Below are positions 39,420 to 47,647 of a DNA stretch of 47,647 bases, in pieces. A program made the position numbers and the translations under genes. This DNA comes from Paraphysomonas bandaiensis. Its lineage: Eukaryota > Protista > Chrysophyceae. Location of the stretch: contig CBFFRP010000460.1 in NCBI GenBank assembly GCA_965644295.1, positions 1-47,647 of the forward strand, written 5' to 3'. The notes beneath the pieces are model-generated. The model saw only the letters and a list, made by a program, of their open reading frames with translations. It was not told the origin of the DNA and did no database searches. Each line of letters begins with the position of its first letter. Within the stretch, counting starts at the first letter, position 1.

Positions 39420-39505
39420 TGTACTCTAAATATATTATAACATGAGAAGAGGTTTGATATGAATATAATGGAGAAATGAGAAGACTGGAGGGGTAGATAC
39501 ATGTG

Positions 39506-39507
<2 letters not shown>

Positions 39508-39537
<30 letters not shown>

Positions 39538-40295
39538 TGTATGTATGTATGTATGTATGTATGTATGTATGTATGTATGTATGTATGTATGTATGTATGT
39601 ATGTATGTATGTATGTATGTATGTATGTATGTATGTATGTACGTATGTATGTATGTATGTATGTATGTATGTATGTATGTATGTATGTATGTATGTATGT
39701 ATGTATGTATGTATGTATGTATGTATGTATGTATGTATGTATATATGTATGTATGTATGTATGTATGTACGTATGTATGTATGTATGTATGTATGTATGT
39801 ATGTATGTATGTATGTATGTATGTATGTATGTATGTATGTATGTATGTATGTATGTATGTATGTATGTATGTATGTATGTATGTATGTATGTATGTATGT
39901 ATGTATGTATGTATGTATGTATGTATGTATGTATGTATGTATGTATGTATGTATGTATGTATGTATGTATGTATGTATGTATGTATGTATGTATGTATGT
40001 ATGTATGTATGTATGTATGTATGTATGTATGTATGTATGTATGTATGTATGTATGTATGTATGTATGTATGTATGTATGTATGTATATATGTATGTATGT
40101 ATGTATGTACGTATGTATGTATGTATGTATGTATGTATGTATGTATGTATGTATGTATGTATGTATGTATGTATGTATGTATGTATGTATGTATGTATGT
40201 ATGTATGTATGTATGTATGAATGTATGTATGTATGTATGTACGTATGTATGTATGTATGTATGTATGTATGTATGTATGTATGTATGTATGTATG

Positions 40296-40329
<34 letters not shown>

Positions 40330-40355
40330 CGTATGTATGTATGTATGTATGTATG

Positions 40356-40389
<34 letters not shown>

Positions 40390-40395
40390 CGTATG
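39508..40395. repeat. (TATG)n microsatellite array E, about 890 bp
   Basis: TATG array with scattered TACG/TATA/AATG variants; between divergent ATGs at 39419 (-) and 40569 (+). Confidence 0.98.
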
Positions 40396-40568
40396 TGGTG
40401 ATGACTGTTGTTGCAAAGTAATACGAGGAAGTGTTTGTTCTATGCATATCGAGGTCCATGATCTTTAAAGTCGAAGTGAATCAAAGTTCATCATATCTAA
40501 CCATATATATATTCTATATATATTTATATTATGGATTTTGAAATGAATATTTCATTGATACTGACAAG

Positions 40569-41942
40569 ATGAAAGAGGAAACTGACAAGATGAGACGTGA
40601 AAATGAAGCAAGATTTCGTGAACTTGAGAAGATGGAACAGGATTTAGAAGAAGAAAAACGCAGGGTTGAATTAGATTCAAACAGAAAGAGGTTTTTTGCC
40701 AGACTATTCATTAATAGTGACCACTTTCTTCATTGTCTTAATGAGGCACAATTCGATCAAGTACGCTCTCAGTTTAAAGATACTATACTGACTACAGAGC
40801 AGCAGTCTAATATGCACAACAACATGTCCTCCAGTATAGATGCATTTCCTATCCCTGGAGTATTGACAGCTAGTGTGTTTAATGTGAACATGTTATCACA
40901 TACACAACACAAACTTCATGTAAAACAACTCATATTTAAAGACTTAGAAAATACTATACAAACGTCATTATTTTACAACAATCATGAAGAAATGGAGAGT
41001 TTTATTGATGTATGGTCAAATATTTTGGAAGATATCAGATGTGCTATGATGTATTGTTTAACGCTTTCGAACATCGCACATGATGTTCTTTACACTCAGT
41101 CAGTGATGCAAAAATTCCTTGAAGGTATGATAGAGGATTTAAGGTTACCGGGATCCATTACGATAAACAACAAGGCATGGTCAATTGATCTAGATGTCAG
41201 TCGTGATGAGTATGTTTCCCTCATTGGATTGAAACCCACTGCTGTGATCCTAAGTAATCGTCCTTTCATCCCTGTATCTGCAAAGGTAGACCTCATGTTC
41301 AATCTATTTTCTCAGCAGTCGACAGAGAATATATCACACTTCGAAACTAAGAAGACTGCTGGGATTGAGCACGGGAATGGTATGGGTCCTCGAGAGCAGG
41401 TCATCGCCAGTAACCTGGCCCTGGCCGCAGAGGGGAATGCCCACATCGTGCGGGGAATGGTGCTGAACGTCTTTGTAGGGTCCTTGGTGTGGTTCGTTGC
41501 ACCCGATGATAACGACAAACCTCTCACCAAAGGAGTCCATTACATTGAACATAGAGTCTACAACACTCGTGATATAGTCATCCGAATTCTCGCATGTTTG
41601 ATGGAAATCTCAAAGGACCAAATGTCATCTCTGATGGAGTGGGAGACAGCTCAGACCATTGTATTTAACGAAGAAGGGTGTGATGACTGGGAATTCCGTG
41701 CCGAAGATGCAGGTGCGGCGAAGAGAGGCAGTGATACTGCACAGGGGGGGGCGAGGTCGATGGGTGGAAGTTTCAGGGAGGCTGCGTTCCCGTTTGGTCT
41801 GTCGAGTGAGCGGCAGTTACGAAAGAGAAGTCGGGCCGGGAATGAGAACCAGTGTCCGCAGTCTCGCACCTTTGGACCCTACCTCTCGGCGAGCGAGTTG
41901 GAGAAATTAGGCACCTGTAGAAAAATGGACCCGAACCACTGA
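40569..41942 (+). CDS. Hypothetical protein with N-terminal coiled coil and putative PD-(D/E)xK (restriction-endonuclease-like) domain
   Basis: 457-aa ORF with no intron evident; E/K/R-rich N-terminus; VSAKVDLMF...ISHFETKK...REQVIA fits the D...ExK...Q pattern. Confidence 0.6.
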   Translation: MKEETDKMRRENEARFRELEKMEQDLEEEKRRVELDSNRKRFFARLFINSDHFLHCLNEAQFDQVRSQFKDTILTTEQQSNMHNNMSSSIDAFPIPGVLTASVFNVNMLSHTQHKLHVKQLIFKDLENTIQTSLFYNNHEEMESFIDVWSNILEDIRCAMMYCLTLSNIAHDVLYTQSVMQKFLEGMIEDLRLPGSITINNKAWSIDLDVSRDEYVSLIGLKPTAVILSNRPFIPVSAKVDLMFNLFSQQSTENISHFETKKTAGIEHGNGMGPREQVIASNLALAAEGNAHIVRGMVLNVFVGSLVWFVAPDDNDKPLTKGVHYIEHRVYNTRDIVIRILACLMEISKDQMSSLMEWETAQTIVFNEEGCDDWEFRAEDAGAAKRGSDTAQGGARSMGGSFREAAFPFGLSSERQLRKRSRAGNENQCPQSRTFGPYLSASELEKLGTCRKMDPNH

Positions 41943-43288
41943 GTCGATTTCATCGTTCCTTCTGTGCGCATTTATTAAAATTGTGCTTGACACAACCATC
42001 GAATTAGAGTTATGAGTGCTAATAGAAGAGTACAGTTAAAAGCAGTACTTTGTGAATTAATAATATGATAGGTGATAGGTGCTCTATGTTAGTGAAAGTG
42101 AAGTACCTTGACTGCTATAGAGGATCGTGACTATCTAAGATTTAATAATATATATTGCTTGGTAGTAGTAGTGGTGGTATAGATTTAGTGAATGGCAATG
42201 AAGGATGAGAGATGTTTGTTTTACAGTTCGAATTTTATTTTTCTAGTTACCCTACTAGCTATATAATTTTGGTAGCTATCCTTCGAAGCTTGATATATCT
42301 ATCTTATATCGCTCTCCTTATGAAGTGTTAGTGTTGTCATTTTGCTCCACGCATAATCTGCTACATATGTGAACCTCTCGTTACTAAACATATCTTGAAA
42401 GATCTAACTAGCTATTTTAGTTTCAATATCATCACAGCGTTTGTAATTTGTACATCACCACATTTCACTGTCTTCTCGTACATTGCCTTCATGTGACGCA
42501 CTGAATATACTAGAATATTCTAATAGGATATTGCTAAAAAACAGACATTTACTACGGATAGTACTATATACATTTCTCATTGTGGGGCGGCATGATATGA
42601 TTTTTGATGTTCTGTATTTGTTGCTGTCGAGAAACATTGTAGCACGGCACTCATTAAAATATTCTCTTAAACTTGCTACTATGTTTAAACCATAGTCTGC
42701 AAGGTCCACTGACTACACTTTTATCTGGATCCTAAGTATAGTTGACTAAAGTAGCTCAAAACATAGCAGACCAAGTATAGCACTGTATTCATTTACTGTA
42801 TTAGAATATGGATCTTATTCTAGTATATTCAGTATGTCACTTGAAGACAATAAGTAAACATTATGCAAACGTGGGAATTTTACGATATTTTGGGAAATTT
42901 AGGAGTATTTAAAGTATTTAAGTAGAAATGTTAAAGAAACTATTCTATTTGTGGTATTAGGGTTAGAGACAACAATTTATTACAATTTTAAGTCTCATAG
43001 GATGTAACAGAAGCGCCTTTTTGCTTACCAGCAACCACGTTATCTGCCCTCATACTATCACTGTCAACCCATTGATCCTCACGATGAGCGAAATAGGTGT
43101 AGTTGCCGGCAGTCATTGCCCTACTCGTAGCTACATTGTTTCTAGCCACTTGTGATTTAAATATACAACTTACGTACGACCATGAACACATTACATCATA
43201 TAACTTTACTTTCACTGTATGAACAACACAAACTAAGTCCATGAATATTTATCACTTTCTCACTCAATTGAACTGTAGTTCACCCCAT

Positions 43289-43656
43289 TGCCATCACACA
43301 ACCAATACACGTCATGCACTATTGTCTCTCAGTACAACATGAGCCTCTTGCATGCACTCGGCTCAACGAGAGAATATAAGTGTAGCATAACAATATACAA
43401 CATATACCCATCACACAACCAATACACGTATACACTATCTCTCGATGCACCCTGCCTGAGCATACTATATTCACTCAGCTAACACACGTAGTAGCAGTAT
43501 TACTGTACAACATATTATACCCATCACACAACCAATACACGTCATACACTATCTCTCGGTGCACCCTGCCTGAGCATACTATATTCACTCAGCTAACACA
43601 CGTAGCAGCAGTATTACTGTACAACATATACCCATCACAAAACCAATACACGTCAG
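43289..43656. repeat. Tandem repeat, about 111-118-bp unit, about 3.3 copies
   Basis: Core ccatcacacaaccaatacacgt near 43291, 43408, 43521 and 43632; units 2 and 3 are nearly identical, unit 1 is diverged. Confidence 0.9.
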
Positions 43657-43700
43657 TTAGTGCTAATGAAACATAGCAATGCATAATGCATAGACTTTTT

Positions 43701-43746
43701 TTTGCAAGTGGTGTATTATTTGCAAGTGGTGTATTATTTGCAAGTG
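43701..43746. repeat. 18-bp tandem repeat x2.5
   Basis: tttgcaagtggtgtatta repeated. Confidence 0.85.
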
Positions 43747-44164
43747 TCACCATGCGGAAGCAAGGACAGCTAGACGTACACTATACTTGCATGGCCAGCC
43801 TACACAGTGGTGATACGGGAATGGAGCACTGTTCGTATAGCGAGGTTGGCAAATTCAATGGAACATCACTGATATTGAAGAGTATTTTTACTTTAGGAAT
43901 ATATACACAGAGAAATTACAAGCTAGTACATTCAAGAGCTATGTTTAAAGCATTCATAAAAACGTCTTGCCATGAATAAAACATCTTGCTTAATCGTAGT
44001 TTATGATGCAAGATATAATACACCATAGCATTCTGCTACTACAATAAATTAATATGATTTCGACACTTGACTTCAAGAAAAGGATATATACAAGTCTACG
44101 AATATATCTATACGAAATAAACCCATACTGTGTGTTCAATCATATATATATGTATATGTCGGGC

Positions 44165-44410
44165 CTATTCATTCTCACCACCATATCGTGACTTCATTGA
44201 TCTGTATTTCTTCATCTGAATAACTCCAATCATATCTCGAACAGAACTACGACCCCAATTAACAGCCTTCTTTATCTCAAGTTCATCAGTTAGTTCAGCA
44301 TTAGCATATATAGCCTCTTTGGCTTTTCTTCTTACAGTGTCTAGACCACCTGGATAATCCCTTCCAACTAATATAATACGCTTATATAAATCACGTACAA
44401 TAGGACGCAT
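44165..44410 (-). CDS. ETFRF1: LYR-motif protein, LYRM5/ETFRF1-like (81 aa)
   Basis: VRDLYKRIILVGRDYPGG...KKYRSMKSRY matches the LYK...GRDYP.G and KKYR.MK.RY signatures. Confidence 0.85.
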   Translation of the reverse strand: MRPIVRDLYKRIILVGRDYPGGLDTVRRKAKEAIYANAELTDELEIKKAVNWGRSSVRDMIGVIQMKKYRSMKSRYGGENE

Positions 44411-44628
44411 TATTATGATAAAAATAATAACTTGTATTTAATAATTGTAATAGAAATAATATACGAGTTGATGTATATGGACACTGTGCTGTGTAATGAT
44501 ATATATGTAAAGGAATAACACACACAGAGTGTATATATGCATATGTTACGACCCAAGTGAAAAATGAGCCAGTTGGTCGACCAGCAGCGCATTGGCATCC
44601 TTTGTATATTTTTGTTCCAAGATGCCTC

Positions 44629-44723
44629 ACATACATATATACATACATACATACATACATACATACATACATACATACATACATACATACATACATACAT
44701 ACATACATACATACATACATACA

Positions 44724-44753
<30 letters not shown>
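44629..44753. repeat. (CATA)n microsatellite array F
   Basis: Array about 220 bp upstream of the LYRM5-like ATG and directly abutting the transposon terminus at 44754. Confidence 0.97.
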
Positions 44754-44754
<1 letters not shown>

Positions 44755-47647
44755 GTTACGACCCGTGAGAAAAATGTGCCAGTCGATGAACTGGCAGTGC
44801 CAGTTCATCGACTGGCAGTTTTTGACTATCACTCAAAAACCCACCAAGAAAGTGAACCCGTCAGTGAAGTGGTTTATCCAGCCGTGTTTTTTTTCATTCC
44901 ACTCACATACCATCGTAAGATATCGTAGTTGATGATTATCGCTCAATGCAACAGCCTGATAGTAATATAAGTGCTACATATATCATTGTATCAAACAAGA
45001 AGGAATGACATCGGTGGTTAAAACTGTCTCATCAGGGAGCACTGTACGACCAGAAGTTGCATCGTCAGTAGACGACAACACTAGATCTATCACTGATTCC
45101 ATTAAAATTGAAGAACACAAACAACTGTTCTATCTGAATGCACAAAACGCTTTCGCAAATTCAATTAAAATTTTCTCTCAGTCGAAATACCTTGAGATCG
45201 TAGAGTCGATGAAATCATTTGACTCCAAGCCTCATAGGAACCACTCCTGTCTAGACTACCGATGGCAGAGGTCATATATTCTGCTGCTGGTTCCTGATGA
45301 TAAAGGTGAAAAAGCAATTTAAGTCCGAAGGAAAGATCACAGCGATGAAACTCAAGTGAAGGGAATGAGACGACTTGCTTATATTGACACTATTCGGTAT
45401 TGCCATGTTGAAGAGGGAGGTCATCCTGGACCTAGGGGAACTCACGAGGCTGTTTGGACAACATTCTAGAAGAGGTTTTAGTAACCTACCATTCTCAGAA
45501 ACGTTTCTAGCCAAAATCCAAACAGAAGAGGATCTAGAAGAGCTTGTAGCTATGAATAATGTTATCGAGGGCCATGAACCAGAGGAATGTACAGTTGCGG
45601 CTTCAGCGAATGAGTCTGTTGCAGTATTGGTAAATGAGCACGGTGATACTCCATCAAGAGGGGCGAAAAGTAAAGCAGTGAGTGCCGCACTAGCTGAACA
45701 AGGCGAAAGGTTGAAAAGATTTTCCACGTCTGGCACTCCAACCGATGAGGCGCAACTCCTACAGGTGGGTAGTGTTGTTTTAGTCAAACCACATCAGGTG
45801 GACCGAGGACAAGTTGATGAAATCAGGTTTCCAGCTGTTGTTGTTGAGGTTACCCCCAATGAATTACTTCGTCTGTACGCTCCCGGGGAAGTTTTAAACT
45901 CGTGTTATAACCGATCAGATCTGATTCAAGAGCCGAGTAAGACCCCTGCTTCTTACCAACGTCATCTTGGAAACTATGAGAACTGGAGAAATTCGAAGAC
46001 TATATCAGAGAGAGAAGCTGCAATTATGTTTTCTCCATCCCTTGGACAGGGGTTTAGTAATTGTAGTTGCAAGGGTAAGTGCAACAGTAATAAATGTGTG
46101 TGCAAGAAGAATGGATTTCTCTGTAACTAGGTGCCACAAAAGCAATTTGCTTGCGTACTGTAACAAGTAGTTGGTGCCATAGTAATCTACAGACTACTAC
46201 TTAACTGAGTAGAAAAACAACCTTAACAAGTAACATGAATCTTATTTGGTACTGGTTGCATGAATCTTATTAGCAACTAGTGATATATAAATCGCTATTT
46301 ATTAACATCATCAGTACATCAGCTCTAAGTATTTTAGTAGCTATTTACCTTAATATTGTGTCCACTGTCTGCAGATGATGATATACTGTCTGCAGATGAT
46401 ATATGTAATGAATAGAGTGTAGAAAGCCTATCACATAATAGTCATATTATTGAGTAGATCTTGATTCATATAGAGTCGATATTCATAATAATTGTACATA
46501 TTCAGACATGGAATATGTACAAGCGAAAGCATATACAATAGAGAGCTCATAGTATAAAATAACCCGATAGCTGGTTACTACAAGTAACATGAATATTATT
46601 TGCTACTAGTGATATAAACTAACATCACTAGTACATCAGTTATAACTAATGTAATCAGTTGTTATCGTACAGCCTATAAGGAGTATCCGCTGTCATCATA
46701 TATGTAATGAATATAGAGTATCATCTGTACAATAGTACTACATTAATTAAAAACATCAGTATATCAGTTATAAGTAATTTAGTCACTATTTACCTTGTTA
46801 TCGTGTCCACTGTATGGGGAAGTGGACCAACTAATGTCTCCAGGGACACAGCACTCTGCAGTTGATGTAACGCACATACTGGAAGAATTCCTCACCACGG
46901 GTTAATGGCACCGTCGAAGATCCGATGCGAACTTACTCTCAGACATTGGTCCAAAGCTAGGAGATATTACAGACCCCAACCACCAATGGGACCTACATCA
47001 ATACATCCTCAGGCGAGACAGCACGTACGCTACACAAACGCAGCGAGACCCGCAGTATTGGACCCGCAGTGGAACGAGGCTCACACACAAACTCCATCCA
47101 ATCCGCACCCATAACTCCCCTAACACTACATCTCTTTCCCAGACCGCATACGCGAAACGGTATACGTCTGGAACAAATCCCATGCAATGGGAAGAAATCG
47201 AGTCAAAAGCAAAACCGGGAATGACCAGACAACAGCTGCCGCATGCATAGACTGTAGACTCACCAATCAGAGAATATGACAAACCAAGTTAGTAAGACTA
47301 TAGATATATACATAGATTCTAGTCACAACCGTTCCCATGTAAAAATAAGATATTCTTATGTCTTATCCATGCTCTCATGAAGAAGGAAGTAGCACTGAAG
47401 AGGGATAGAGATATCTATCTTGATACTGAAGGCTGGTAGGCTGGAAGAGCATCTTGTGGGCTAATAATCAGGAGCTCTTATGATTCTAGTTATGAGATGC
47501 TGTCTGCTGATATCACACGCTGGGAATCCGAGTGGACCTCCTGTATACTTGACTGTATTTCCCGTATATCGTTTACTTTCAACATCATCAAACCAGTCGA
47601 TGAACTGGCAGGTGCCAGTTCATCGACTGGTTTATTTTTCTCACGGG
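44754..47647 (+). mobile_element. Non-autonomous Ginger2/TDD-like DNA transposon with TIRs (right end cut by the window)
   Basis: Left end TGTTACGACCCGTGAGAAAAAT; the window ends in ATTTTTCTCACGGG, its reverse complement. Both ends carry the same large palindrome. A KRBA2-like transposase pseudogene lies inside. Confidence 0.85.
45005..46170 (+). pseudogene. KRBA2/SCAND3-like transposase pseudogene lacking the DDE core
   Basis: N-terminal part with a stop at 45320; IRYCHVEEGGHPGPRGTHEA (start of H2C2); then LFGQHSRRG...KIQTEEDLE, VGSVVLV...VDRG, ISEREAA and the Cys-rich tail GQGFSNCSCKGKCNSNKCVCKKNGFLCN*RCH...CNK. Confidence 0.85.

Noticed and set aside
39508-40395. Arrays as telomeric repeats
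   Set aside because: Internal, in both orientations, and the unit lacks a G-run typical of telomeres.
42400-43242. Two short minus-strand ORFs (84 aa each) as a gene
   Set aside because: No recognisable motif and no consistent splice path found; possibly a decayed fragment.
43289-43656. CRISPR-like repeat/spacer appearance
   Set aside because: The spacers are about 90 bp and homologous to each other, there are no cas genes and the context is eukaryotic; it is a tandem repeat.
44762-47647. CCC...GGG termini suggesting piggyBac or CACTA
   Set aside because: The left end extends to TGTTACGA, shared with the second terminus at 44544, and the protein is KRBA2/Ginger2-like; the right end is simply cut by the window.

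Overview
Eukaryotic nuclear DNA with short GT-AG introns, most likely from a flagellated protist (a stramenopile is my inference, not proven). About 12 protein genes: a PLP aminotransferase class V-RmlD/MAT2B-like SDR fusion, a small unknown protein, RNase T2, a secreted Ser/Lys-rich repeat protein, a Niban/FAM129-like PH protein, a C2-CATCHR-C2 protein, an Mx-like dynamin, DNAAF5/HEATR2, a tandem-repeat protein, a CBM20-TPS-TPP with altered catalytic motifs, a PD-(D/E)xK-like protein and LYRM5/ETFRF1. There are also several DNA-transposon relics (two Ginger2/KRBA2-like, one hAT, one piggyBac-like). The most striking pattern is that all six long (TATG/CATA)n arrays sit just upstream of start codons, four of them between divergent genes, and none lies between convergent genes. 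Both Ginger2-type relics lie beside such arrays. The terminal Ginger2-like element begins right after CATA, carries nested palindromic ends and lacks its catalytic core. All calls come from reading the sequence and recalling family motifs; no searches were run.
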